A stretch of DNA of 64,000 nt, taken from positions 1 to 64,000 of the IMG/VR virus record IMGVR_UViG_3300022752_000030. One strand, written 5' to 3'. Source of the DNA: a virus. How positions within the stretch are numbered: the first letter of the stretch is position 1; every line of letters starts with the position of its first letter. Under the pieces are notes generated by a model that was not told where the DNA came from, did not search any database, and worked only from the letters and a program-made list of their open reading frames with translations. Below are positions 19,109 to 28,897 of this stretch, one piece after another. A program made the position numbers and the translations under genes.

Positions 19109-20305
19109 TTATTTCTTTTCTTCTTTTTTCTTGTCGTCTTTTTTGTCATCCTTTTTTGTAGGATCAGGTTGACCTGGACGAACTCTCATTGACGGATCAA
19201 TTTCAATTGTATCTCTCTTTTCACCTGTTAAGGTTGTTCCACCAGACATAACCGCAGAAGCCTTTGGTTTATCTTCACCCATATCATCTTTTTCATCAGA
19301 CTTCTCAAACTTAGGTTTTTTACCATAAGTTGCAACAGACTTATCTTCTTTTTCATGGTCATAAATTTCTTCTTTCATGCCATGTTTTTTGTACAAAGAC
19401 TTAATCAGTCTAGCTGATTTCGACATTTGTTTTCTCTTACTTTCTACTTCCATACCAACAGTTTGCGTTGCAGCCATTGGATCTTGAAATTTGTCTTCTT
19501 CAAGTTTTTCTTTGCGATTATTATAATCTAAAAGTTTTTTGATGGTTTCAATGTGACCCTGCAAGTAACCGTGTTGCAATCTCATATCAGGTTCGACCAT
19601 TTGAACCATTCTGTCAATTTGATCTTTGATGTTTTGTGCAATCCAAAGGTAACCCAAATCGTCCTCTTTAGGAGAACCTTTTTTCTCCTTTAAGTGTTTT
19701 TCTATGAAGAAAATTGCGTCTTGTAGTTTAGCCATACCCTCGACTAACTCATAAGAATCTTCATCAACTTTTTCACCTATATCAGTATACAATTCGGTTG
19801 CAATTGGACAAATATCAAAATATTTTGGTTTATAGTCAAAAACTTTAAATTCAAATTCTTCTTCTTTTTCTTCCCATTGCAATTCTTCTTTGAGGTCAGC
19901 AATGAAATTATAATCATTCATTGTGAGTGTGCCTCTATTTCGTATTTCTATCAATCTCTCGACAATACGATGTAGTTCTGGATCATCTTTCACATCCTCA
20001 CGGGCCAATTCTAAAATACGAATCATCAAAGGAATATCCAATGTAATTGTATCTTTAACATCGGCTGATTCCATCATGTGATCTTGTTTCCACTTCAAAA
20101 ATTCTCCAGATTTTGAATGTGAAACTTTAGTATCTTTTGAAACAAATTTAGGATTAATTCCTCTAGACATTAAATATTTGTCCAAAGCAGCGTCCTCGTT
20201 TATATTAGATTTTGCAGACCATGGATCACGTGGATTAGTACCGAATGTCGGTTTTTGACCAATATTCTTTTTGACCAACGATTTAATTATTTGCGCTTTA
20301 CTCAT
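19109..20305 (-). CDS. Hypothetical protein, probable processed head protein
   Basis: DTITLDIPLMIRILELARED module; several hydrophobic-x-E linkers. Confidence 0.6.
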   Translation of the reverse strand: MSKAQIIKSLVKKNIGQKPTFGTNPRDPWSAKSNINEDAALDKYLMSRGINPKFVSKDTKVSHSKSGEFLKWKQDHMMESADVKDTITLDIPLMIRILELAREDVKDDPELHRIVERLIEIRNRGTLTMNDYNFIADLKEELQWEEKEEEFEFKVFDYKPKYFDICPIATELYTDIGEKVDEDSYELVEGMAKLQDAIFFIEKHLKEKKGSPKEDDLGYLWIAQNIKDQIDRMVQMVEPDMRLQHGYLQGHIETIKKLLDYNNRKEKLEEDKFQDPMAATQTVGMEVESKRKQMSKSARLIKSLYKKHGMKEEIYDHEKEDKSVATYGKKPKFEKSDEKDDMGEDKPKASAVMSGGTTLTGEKRDTIEIDPSMRVRPGQPDPTKKDDKKDDKKKEEKK

Positions 20306-20314
20306 TTTAATACC

Positions 20315-21856
20315 TTACTCAGATGTGCCTGTTTTACCCATCATTTCATTTTTGATTCTTTCCATTGATTTGCGAGCCATTTCTTTTGCTCTACTCAAAG
20401 GTTTATTTTCGTTTGTCACAAAAGGAACAGTATCATCTTCAGGTCTTTTTGATTCTTTAACGGTTGATTTAACAATACCGCTGAATCTTTTGTTAGCTTT
20501 CTGTGTTAATTCTTTACCAGCTTTAACATTACCTGAAGCATAATGTTTTGCAGCTTGTTTGTCTAAAGCAGAAGCCTGTGTGCCGGCAGCTTTCCTATAT
20601 GCTTGATGTGTTGCTGGTGATAATTCATCAAGAGATTCGACTTCTTCTTTTACTGGAATATGACGCTCAACGCGAGAAAGTCTGCAACCTTCTTTGCATT
20701 TTTCATGAGCTTGTTTGATAGCATCATCATCACTTTTTGCTACCAATAAATTCATACCTGTCCATTCACCCTTATCGTTTTCATAATGAGCAGCATGAGT
20801 ATGAGATTCATTTTTCTCATTTAATTCATATTCTTCGTTTGCTGTTCGCATTGCTCTTATTACAGCAGGATGATCAGAAAGTCCGGGTTTCATTTTATCG
20901 ATGGCTTTAAGGGCACCAGTTAAGTTGCCTCCTTTGTATCTTTTATCGTTAATGATACCGATAGCCATTTTAACATCTCTATCAGAATGTGTTTTATTCA
21001 ACTCATCAAGAGACTCAACTTCCTCACCACGCATTTTCTTTGCATAATCAATCTGTCGTTGAGCTTGACCTTCTTTGCCTTTGGTGATTCCTTGGCCTCT
21101 AAGTCTACGATCAGCATCCATTGCTCCCGCAAATTGTCTTATGGTCTTTCTAGGTGCAGAACTATAACCACTTTCTGGTTTTTTATTCCAAGCATCCATT
21201 GCTTTCGTGCCTCTGTCTTTCACAGATTGAAGTGCTGCACGACCTGCTGGTGTATCACCAACCTCGTCAATCTGCTCAACTTCTTCTTTAGCCATTGCTT
21301 GTTTAGTTGCAGTTGCATACATTACATCTTTCCAACGCTTACCATATTTTTTCTTGAAGTAAGACATATTCTTTTTCATCGACATCACAATATTTTCACG
21401 CTTTTTCATTTCGTCATCTGTCATTTCTTTTTCGCTGACCATAAAATCAGCAAAATTATCATCAGACTTATTTAAACTTTCAATTAATTTATCTTTAAAA
21501 GAATATTCTTCTTTTTTAGTGTCGTCAGTTGACTTAACTGGTTTACGTGAATAAACAGTACCAGTAGAAATCTTTTTAGAATCAAAACCAGCTTTCTCGC
21601 CTGGTTTAGTTGGTAATTCAGACTTTCTATTTTTCCAATCAAACGGACTTGATTCTTCAATCGCTTCACCAGCAGAAACTTCTTCACCTTGAACTTTTAC
21701 AGGATATTTTTTACCTTTAAATGTGAAGTGTGTTTCACCAGATTTGTGAGCAGCATATGCCGCTTTGCGTAAACCAGTTTCGTCTAATTCCATTTCATTG
21801 GCCATAACTTTTTTAACTGCTTCAGAAATTGAATTTACTTTTATTTTGTCGTACAT
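20315..21856 (-). CDS. Putative internal-head polyprotein with repeated protease-site linkers
   Basis: EEVEQIDE, EEVESLDE x2, EEYELNE separate short basic modules. Confidence 0.65.
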   Translation of the reverse strand: MYDKIKVNSISEAVKKVMANEMELDETGLRKAAYAAHKSGETHFTFKGKKYPVKVQGEEVSAGEAIEESSPFDWKNRKSELPTKPGEKAGFDSKKISTGTVYSRKPVKSTDDTKKEEYSFKDKLIESLNKSDDNFADFMVSEKEMTDDEMKKRENIVMSMKKNMSYFKKKYGKRWKDVMYATATKQAMAKEEVEQIDEVGDTPAGRAALQSVKDRGTKAMDAWNKKPESGYSSAPRKTIRQFAGAMDADRRLRGQGITKGKEGQAQRQIDYAKKMRGEEVESLDELNKTHSDRDVKMAIGIINDKRYKGGNLTGALKAIDKMKPGLSDHPAVIRAMRTANEEYELNEKNESHTHAAHYENDKGEWTGMNLLVAKSDDDAIKQAHEKCKEGCRLSRVERHIPVKEEVESLDELSPATHQAYRKAAGTQASALDKQAAKHYASGNVKAGKELTQKANKRFSGIVKSTVKESKRPEDDTVPFVTNENKPLSRAKEMARKSMERIKNEMMGKTGTSE

Positions 21857-21870
21857 GATTGTCTCCTAAA

Positions 21871-22284
21871 TTACCATGCTTTGCATGACCAGTATCTTGC
21901 TTTTGTTCTTGGACCGGGTGTTGCACAACGGTGTCGTGCTCTAAAACTTCTACGGCGAGCAGGATTATGTTTTTTAATTGTCATATTCTTGTCACCAAAA
22001 TTAACTTTTACAACTCTACCTGACGGTGATTTTACAAAAACTTTAGATTTTTTAACATCACCTTTCATTGGCTTACCCAAAGGAACTTTACGTCCTTGAT
22101 ATTCAGCTTCATCTAAAGGTTCTGATTCCAAATCCCAATCGATAGAATCGATTAATTGTTCTTCGTCACCATCAAAATTAAATTCATCGGAAGAAACTTC
22201 TTCCCACAATTGTGAAACTTCCTCTTGAAGATATGCAGGTTCATCCGAATATTCTTCTGATACAAATTGACTAAAAAATTTCAT
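21871..22284 (-). CDS. Putative internal head protein: acidic pro-region plus basic domain
   Basis: MKFFSQFVSE; LDEAEYQGRKVPLGKP..RRRSFRARHRC..ARYWSCKAW. Confidence 0.7.
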   Translation of the reverse strand: MKFFSQFVSEEYSDEPAYLQEEVSQLWEEVSSDEFNFDGDEEQLIDSIDWDLESEPLDEAEYQGRKVPLGKPMKGDVKKSKVFVKSPSGRVVKVNFGDKNMTIKKHNPARRRSFRARHRCATPGPRTKARYWSCKAW

Positions 22285-22285
22285 T

Positions 22286-24172
22286 TTAAATTCTCTTTTT
22301 CTTTTTAATTATGATTCCAATATTTTTATCTTGATCCTTATATGATTGCATGGGTTCTTTATTACTTGCACCACCCAATGTTCCACCTACTCCCATATCT
22401 ACTGCACCCGGATCATCAATTGCTTCTTTTACTTTTTTTCTAAAATTTTTAAAATCTTTTTGTTCTCTGTATGTGACATCGCCTAATCCTGACATTGGGT
22501 ATACTGTTCCCTGTTGGCGTGTGTCAAATTCTGGTCCTATTCCAGAAACATTCCTCATTCTTTGATTTACTGTCGGTGAATCTGATGTTTTTATTCTTTT
22601 GGCTTTGTCTTTCTCTTTGTCTTTTCTGAAGTTGGATTCTTTTGGTTCGGGGAAGACTTTAATGCTGGGACCTTTTTCTTCACTATACGTTTTGAAGGTG
22701 TAGGTTTTTGTTCTTTTTGGAGCATCCCATTTGATGTTGTCGGCGTTGGAATCTCCTGCTCTGTTGTCTGGAGTGATGTCGTCTGGACCGGCTGCTCTTT
22801 CAACTGAGTTGTTTCTTTTGTAAACTCCTGCGGAAGCTTCTCGCTTTTCGTTGAGTTTTTGAATAAATTTAGAATTTTTCTTAACATTATCTTCCTTAAA
22901 CAAATATTTAACCGATTCATTTATATTTAATTTTCCGTGATTTTCCATCCAAGAAAATGCAACATCAGTATAATTTCTTTCGTCAATAAATCTATTTATT
23001 ATTTGATAAGTGTCTGTAATATCTTCTTCAATTGATTCGAGTGTTGCACTATTATCAAAATTAATAAATTTTGCAAAATTTTGACGGTAAGATTCTTTGC
23101 TAGCCTGAGCTAGTTCCCACTTTTCAAATCTAACTGACTCCGAAACCATTTTAGCTAAACTTTTATTTCTGATTTTACTGGTTTCATTTGTCGTGTCAAC
23201 AAAAATCATGATCGTATCGTAACCAAGTTCTTCAAGTTCTTCTTTGATTGTGATCATTTTCGAATGATCGTCCGCAGGTCCATTAATAATTAAAGGACCT
23301 CTAGATCGAATCGCTTCTCTGCGATAATCTGTTGTTTTTTCGGATAACTTTTGTTTATCCATTAAATAATCAAAAGCTTGAATTGAGTTTAATTCGACAG
23401 AACGGTTTTCAGCGATTGCTTCTCGAATTATAATATCTTTTCCTGATCCTGGACCACCGGTAACGAAAATAGCTTTAAATAAACCTCTATTATAGTCCTC
23501 ATGTAATCCCATACCTTTGCGTGTATCGTGCATTAACTCTTTGGCATGTTCATCGGACACATGAGAAGGAACACCTTTTCTAAACTCCTTAAAGTCTTTA
23601 TTTTTGGCATGTTCACGCATTTTGCTTCCGGACATACCCTCTGTGCCTTCGGCATCAGGATCACGATGGCCGGCTGAATGAATTTTTATACTCTTAAAAT
23701 GATATTCTCCGTGTCCTGCTTTAACACCATTATACTTATGTAATAGATCATGCATCTCTTTAACACGATCCGATCCGACGACAACGTGAAGGTGAGTTAC
23801 ACCACTCTTATATGCCGATACCGCATGGTGTAATATGGTTGGTTTTTCTTTTGTAGCGGCAGTAATTTTTGGTTTAGTTGTGATGCGTTGCAGTGATGAT
23901 TTTATTGAAACAGCTTCTTCTATTTTATTAGGTGAAGCCATATATCTAGTTAGATGCTTGATTTTTTGTTCAGAACTTAATGGATTTTTCTTACTATCTT
24001 GTGAGTGAGAAACGATAACTTCATATGATGCATTATGTTTTTTGGCAATCTCTTTAACTTTATTGATTAGCTTTAAATGTCCAGTCGTTGGAGGATTCAT
24101 GCGACCAAATGTGATCACATGATGTTTCTCATATTCTTCTTGTTCTTTGACTAATTCTAAAAATGACTTCAT
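22286..24172 (-). CDS. Cytidylyltransferase/NMNAT-like domain fused to P-loop kinase-like domain, with capsid-targeting N-terminus
   Basis: MKSFLELVKE; TFGRMNPPTTGH, KNPL, VVGSDRV, RDPDAEG..GMSGSKMR; then AIFVTGGPGSGKD. Confidence 0.8.
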   Translation of the reverse strand: MKSFLELVKEQEEYEKHHVITFGRMNPPTTGHLKLINKVKEIAKKHNASYEVIVSHSQDSKKNPLSSEQKIKHLTRYMASPNKIEEAVSIKSSLQRITTKPKITAATKEKPTILHHAVSAYKSGVTHLHVVVGSDRVKEMHDLLHKYNGVKAGHGEYHFKSIKIHSAGHRDPDAEGTEGMSGSKMREHAKNKDFKEFRKGVPSHVSDEHAKELMHDTRKGMGLHEDYNRGLFKAIFVTGGPGSGKDIIIREAIAENRSVELNSIQAFDYLMDKQKLSEKTTDYRREAIRSRGPLIINGPADDHSKMITIKEELEELGYDTIMIFVDTTNETSKIRNKSLAKMVSESVRFEKWELAQASKESYRQNFAKFINFDNSATLESIEEDITDTYQIINRFIDERNYTDVAFSWMENHGKLNINESVKYLFKEDNVKKNSKFIQKLNEKREASAGVYKRNNSVERAAGPDDITPDNRAGDSNADNIKWDAPKRTKTYTFKTYSEEKGPSIKVFPEPKESNFRKDKEKDKAKRIKTSDSPTVNQRMRNVSGIGPEFDTRQQGTVYPMSGLGDVTYREQKDFKNFRKKVKEAIDDPGAVDMGVGGTLGGASNKEPMQSYKDQDKNIGIIIKKKKRI

Positions 24173-25170
24173 TCTTCCGACTTCTTAAATGTTAATGGTT
24201 TATGACCTAATGTTTTGGCCATTGCGTGCAGGTGTTCATCATGATCCAAATCGACATGACTTTTATCTGCATGTTTGACCATAAATTGTATTGTACGTTT
24301 TTTTGGATCGGATGTTTTTTGTCTGACTCTCCATTGGCCTTTACCTGTCAATTCAGGCAATCCGTGGCCAGTCTTATCTTTTTCACCAACTCTATATGTT
24401 CCGTGTTTACCGACTTGTAGGACATCAACATGATGATCCTTTAAGTAAGCATTTGCTGGTTTCAAATCATCATGTTCAAAGTTTACATTTTTAGCCAAAG
24501 GACCACCAGGTACCAATCCAGTAGGTTTATGGTGTTCGTTCATGTGGTCTATGATACCTTTTGACTCGATGTGTGCAGCATAACCTGGTCTGTTTTTTCT
24601 ATTTTCTTCAGGAATGTGCCAACCACCCTTCTTTTCATCATAAGCAATAGTTAATTGACCAAAAGCAGCAGTTTTTCCTGCTTTTGTTTCGCCCTGTAAC
24701 TCACCTTCGTTGTGTACTTCGCCTTTATGTTTCGTATTTAATTTTTTATTAACCAAATTAAAGTCGTTACCACTTGTAAATCCAGCAGCTTCACCGTGCA
24801 TCAAACCATGGTCTTTTAATCTTTTTACGAAATTTTGTTCATATTCAAAACCTTTATTAGATTTTTTTTCTCCTGGTTTTAAAATTTTCGAAACAGGTAT
24901 TACGTGTTTTCTTCTCGTAACATCATCCGTAGCATGAACGTAATATTTTCCATCAATCAATTCTGTCTTGTGTAATTTTAATTTTGATCCGGATGGAACA
25001 TCTTCGTGATCTTTACCCATAGTGTGAGTATAATCTTTTGATCCTAGATGCGGCATTACATATTTTCCCAAATGTCTTTCTTTGTCGATACCTGCACCTT
25101 TAATGAAACCCACACCTTCAGCTTCATTAATCATTTCACATTCATTTAAGTGTTGTAAAAATGTTTTCAT
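24169..25170 (-). CDS. Putative PD-(D/E)xK-like nuclease with capsid-targeting N-terminus
   Basis: MKTFLQHLNE; GFEYE..AAG..D..GETK..FGQL; similar to 32675-33424. Confidence 0.55.
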   Translation of the reverse strand: MKTFLQHLNECEMINEAEGVGFIKGAGIDKERHLGKYVMPHLGSKDYTHTMGKDHEDVPSGSKLKLHKTELIDGKYYVHATDDVTRRKHVIPVSKILKPGEKKSNKGFEYEQNFVKRLKDHGLMHGEAAGFTSGNDFNLVNKKLNTKHKGEVHNEGELQGETKAGKTAAFGQLTIAYDEKKGGWHIPEENRKNRPGYAAHIESKGIIDHMNEHHKPTGLVPGGPLAKNVNFEHDDLKPANAYLKDHHVDVLQVGKHGTYRVGEKDKTGHGLPELTGKGQWRVRQKTSDPKKRTIQFMVKHADKSHVDLDHDEHLHAMAKTLGHKPLTFKKSEE

Positions 25171-26339
25171 TTTCTAACCTTTAATAAATTTGCTCTTGCA
25201 AATTCTTGGCGATCAACTAATTTAGTAGGTTCACCTGCATGGTTAATAACAAAGCCTTCTGGACCAGTTCTTTTGCCATCTATATGATGTTCTAGTCCAC
25301 CTTCATGTTGATTTAGTGTGTGTACCAAGACATTTTTAGCTTGTTGTAAATGATGGTGCATCTTCAGGAGATTTTCATAATGATCTTTGTTTTTCTCAAT
25401 ATGACTTAGATGACTATTTGCTTCCGATTGTTTTCTAGCTTGTCCTGCCGGCGTTTTTAATTTTGAAGCTGATTTATTGTATTGATTTTGTATGTGTTTT
25501 TTCAGTCCTTCAGCAGAAGGAACTTCACCAGTTCTTACTGTATGGTTAATGTAAGTCGAAAGGTGTCCAGCTTCACCTCGATGTGGCTCAGTTGATTTGT
25601 ACATTGTGCCTTTATGCTCATCATGTATTTTTCTTGCGGCTGACATGTGGTCATTGAATTTTTCTTGATCCGATTCTGAATAATGTACGTTTTTCGTATC
25701 GTGTTCGGCTGATTTGTGCCAAACATCAGGATGCTGATAAAATTTATGCATGTCGGGATGAGGATCGGCACCCATCGTACTCAGGTTTTTTCCGTGATAC
25801 TGGGTGTGTACAATTACACCAAGTTTTGCTCTCCTTATTTTATCAGCCTCATCACCTTTTGCGGTATATGTGATTGTATTTGGAGTAAATGATACACCTT
25901 TTTTTGTTTCTTTTTTGTCACCATCAGAAAACATTAGGTCACCTTGGTAAACTCCTGACTTCGGTGCAATCTTTTTGAGATGATTTAGTCCTGCGTGTAA
26001 TTTGTCCATCAAACCGGGTGCGTGTCCGTGGTTTTTAACTATATCTGCATGTGTATAGTTTATTTTTGGATTTACATTGAAAGCTGATTTTGATGCAACA
26101 AAGAATTTACCGTTTTCTGGATTATGACCAAAAACAACGGCAGGAGATCCATCATATTTCATCGTCAAATGAGAACTGTTGCCACCTGACTTAATATGTT
26201 CGTGAGCTTGATTTAACGCATTGTAAGTGTGTTCAAAACCTTTTGATCCGTGAAGTAAAGGCCGGTCTTCAGCATGATGTATATGCTTAAGTTTTTCACC
26301 TTCAGTTTCTTCAATCAAAAAATTTAAAAAAGATTTCAT
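25167..26339 (-). CDS. Ligase-like covalent nucleotidyltransferase (DUF6267-like) with capsid-targeting N-terminus
   Basis: MKSFLNFLIE; TMKYDGSPA (motif I), YQGDLMF, PEGFVI (IV), KLVDR (V). Confidence 0.7.
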   Translation of the reverse strand: MKSFLNFLIEETEGEKLKHIHHAEDRPLLHGSKGFEHTYNALNQAHEHIKSGGNSSHLTMKYDGSPAVVFGHNPENGKFFVASKSAFNVNPKINYTHADIVKNHGHAPGLMDKLHAGLNHLKKIAPKSGVYQGDLMFSDGDKKETKKGVSFTPNTITYTAKGDEADKIRRAKLGVIVHTQYHGKNLSTMGADPHPDMHKFYQHPDVWHKSAEHDTKNVHYSESDQEKFNDHMSAARKIHDEHKGTMYKSTEPHRGEAGHLSTYINHTVRTGEVPSAEGLKKHIQNQYNKSASKLKTPAGQARKQSEANSHLSHIEKNKDHYENLLKMHHHLQQAKNVLVHTLNQHEGGLEHHIDGKRTGPEGFVINHAGEPTKLVDRQEFARANLLKVRK

Positions 26340-26445
26340 CTTACCTCTTAGAATACAACACACTTTGGTTGTCCATGAAGTTATTTATAATACTTTTTGA
26401 TTTATATCACAAATTGTGAAAATATTGTGTCTGATATATAACAAT

Positions 26446-27141
26446 TTAGTAATGTTCGATTTCACCGTTTCCGGCTAACCAACCCATGCAGTGAATTTTT
26501 TCAAATTCCACCAAATAATTTTTTGGAATATTCACGAAATGTGCGTGTTCTGTATCCAGTACATTTACAATCGACATGTTTTTATTCAGTACACTCAGAT
26601 AAGTGTCAATTAGTGAAGGACAAAAAGAATACATTCTTGTAATAAACAAGTGGGTTGCATCATGTTTTATATCTCCCATCCAAGTTGGTATTCTTTTTTT
26701 AAATACAAATTTTCCAAAGAGGTCATCATAATCATTGATATTGAAATTATCATCAAGTTCCGATCTTCCTGAAAATTTAAATACTCTTTTTACAGAATTT
26801 AAAACATTACTCACATTGGGATTATTCTTTAGTGTTTGTAATGTTGCAAACAACAATGCATTTTCGGCATGACTTTTTTGACCATTTGAAGTGTAATGTT
26901 TTGTTGCTGGTTCTTCACTCAAATCAAAATATAGATTAGAATTTTGACTTAGAACTTTTTTTTCAAAATCACTTAATGGAGAAATAGATGTGTCCGATAA
27001 CAATATGATAGCATCAGGTACTTTTTTTCGAATTGATCTGAGCGTAAAAAGTGTCTGTGCAAATCTTTGTTCAGGAGAAAATACTCCTATTTTTGGTTTT
27101 ATTGAAGAAGTGACAATAAATAAATTTTTGTCAGGAATCAT
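26446..27141 (-). CDS. Glycosyltransferase-like hypothetical protein
   Basis: FIVTS..RFAQT..T..SIR, FKFSGR pattern; last gene of the sugar cluster. Confidence 0.5.
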   Translation of the reverse strand: MIPDKNLFIVTSSIKPKIGVFSPEQRFAQTLFTLRSIRKKVPDAIILLSDTSISPLSDFEKKVLSQNSNLYFDLSEEPATKHYTSNGQKSHAENALLFATLQTLKNNPNVSNVLNSVKRVFKFSGRSELDDNFNINDYDDLFGKFVFKKRIPTWMGDIKHDATHLFITRMYSFCPSLIDTYLSVLNKNMSIVNVLDTEHAHFVNIPKNYLVEFEKIHCMGWLAGNGEIEHY

Positions 27142-28160
27142 AAGTAATTTTCCAAGTCATCGGAATCTCTAAAAATATTAATTGCTTCTGCTCTCGGAAA
27201 AGGATTTGATTTATTAAAATCATTAATCAATATTCTTCTTGAATTTTGCAATCCTGATATTAATGTGTAATTTTTAAATCCCAATTCATTTAATAATGAA
27301 CAGCTCCTCTCGTCATATATTTTACCTCTTGAAGTTGTAAATATAAATTGAGCTCCATTTGATTGCATTTCCAAAAGTTTTTTTACATTTTTAGTGAGTG
27401 GTGTGATTTTATGGTCATAAGAGTTTTCACCCACACGACTTTGTGCTTTCACTATCGTTCCGTCTATATCACAAAAAATTACAGGTTTATCATTATATTC
27501 AAACCAGTCTTTTGCGGTACCGACATCAATATAATTCTTTACTGCTTTTTCAGTAAAAATATTTTTATTATTGATGCATCTTCCAATTACATCAGATACA
27601 AATATTTCTCGTTCCTGTGAAATGTCCTCAAAAGCGTTTTTGTACAACAATGCACTTTCGAATTTATAACCACCAACACAAAAAGTATCAGACACAACTT
27701 TCTTTTCTATGATATCGTTAATTATACCTTGTTCATTGGAAATTGTAAAGCTTTTGGATGATAGTTTCTTCAAAATTTCATGTTCGGAAATTTTAGAAAC
27801 ACAAACGTAATTTCCTGGAGAAATTTCATGTTCAAAAAAACTATCACAATCTTTTATAAGTATTTCTTCATTCGTAAGACCAGACTTTTGAATTATTTGA
27901 TATACTGTATCGGCTGGACCTTTTGTTGGTTTTTCTAAAACAACAATTTTTATTTTGTCACCAAATTCATATCGAATGAATTCAGATGCATGATATTTTT
28001 CATCATGTTCTTTTAAAATACCAACAGTAATTGAATTTTGTAAATAAGGACGTAAAGAATTTTTCAACATTAAATCGTGTTTGTAATCATACAACAAATA
28101 TTTTGGTTTCATTTCGGGAAACCTTGTTGATAATCCGGCAGCAGGTACAATTATTTCCAT
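27138..28160 (-). CDS. Sugar-phosphate nucleotidyltransferase fused to HAD phosphatase
   Basis: IIVPAAGLSTRFP..PK, TKGPADT, DCD; C-terminal FCDIDGTI..TTSR..RILIND. Confidence 0.85.
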   Translation of the reverse strand: MEIIVPAAGLSTRFPEMKPKYLLYDYKHDLMLKNSLRPYLQNSITVGILKEHDEKYHASEFIRYEFGDKIKIVVLEKPTKGPADTVYQIIQKSGLTNEEILIKDCDSFFEHEISPGNYVCVSKISEHEILKKLSSKSFTISNEQGIINDIIEKKVVSDTFCVGGYKFESALLYKNAFEDISQEREIFVSDVIGRCINNKNIFTEKAVKNYIDVGTAKDWFEYNDKPVIFCDIDGTIVKAQSRVGENSYDHKITPLTKNVKKLLEMQSNGAQFIFTTSRGKIYDERSCSLLNELGFKNYTLISGLQNSRRILINDFNKSNPFPRAEAINIFRDSDDLENYL

Positions 28161-28897
28161 AATCTTTTTATTTCTTTCATGATAAAGTTATAATTAAAAT
28201 CATTTTTCTTTGTGTGTAAATAAACTCTCAATAACATTAAAATTAATAAATTATTATCTTTTGCAATTTCGAATTTACTTAAAATTTGTTCTTGTAAATT
28301 TTTAAGTTTAACATCTATTCTTATCGAATCATTTCTCAAAAACCATTTACACTCTAAATCTTGTCTCATTTTTGCAATATCGAATATATATGAGTCATAT
28401 TCAACCTTGACAGCATCAATCATATAAAATTTATTTTTATTTGTGCCTATAATATTTTCAAGTGTCATATCACCATGATACATCGAACTCGGTAATATTT
28501 TTGGTAATCTTTCGATGAATTCTTCTTTATTGAAAGGTAAGTCATCATTTTGATCCATCCATTTTAGTTTTTCATTATAGACACCAGTGTAATCCTTCAT
28601 TACACTTTTTTTTGAAAAATTTTCCAATGTAGAAATAATAAAGTTAGACAAGTCCTCGATATTGTGATGAATTAGATAATTCTTCATATCCAGTCCATGG
28701 ATATATTCCATGTCTAATACATTATTTCCATAATTGTATATTTTAGGAACAGGATATCCAAAAGAATAAAGAGTGCTCAGTCTTTCTAAATTTCTTTCTA
28801 CATTATTGATTTTTCTTATAAACAATCCCCAGACATCTTCCATCAAGTATATTTGACTACCTGAATGTCCAGTTAATTCCTTTAGTGTTTTTTCCAT
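28151..28897 (-). CDS. APH/choline-kinase-like phosphotransferase
   Basis: GHSG, MEYIHG, HGDMTLENII, MID, DIAKMRQD. Confidence 0.82.
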   Translation of the reverse strand: MEKTLKELTGHSGSQIYLMEDVWGLFIRKINNVERNLERLSTLYSFGYPVPKIYNYGNNVLDMEYIHGLDMKNYLIHHNIEDLSNFIISTLENFSKKSVMKDYTGVYNEKLKWMDQNDDLPFNKEEFIERLPKILPSSMYHGDMTLENIIGTNKNKFYMIDAVKVEYDSYIFDIAKMRQDLECKWFLRNDSIRIDVKLKNLQEQILSKFEIAKDNNLLILMLLRVYLHTKKNDFNYNFIMKEIKRLWK

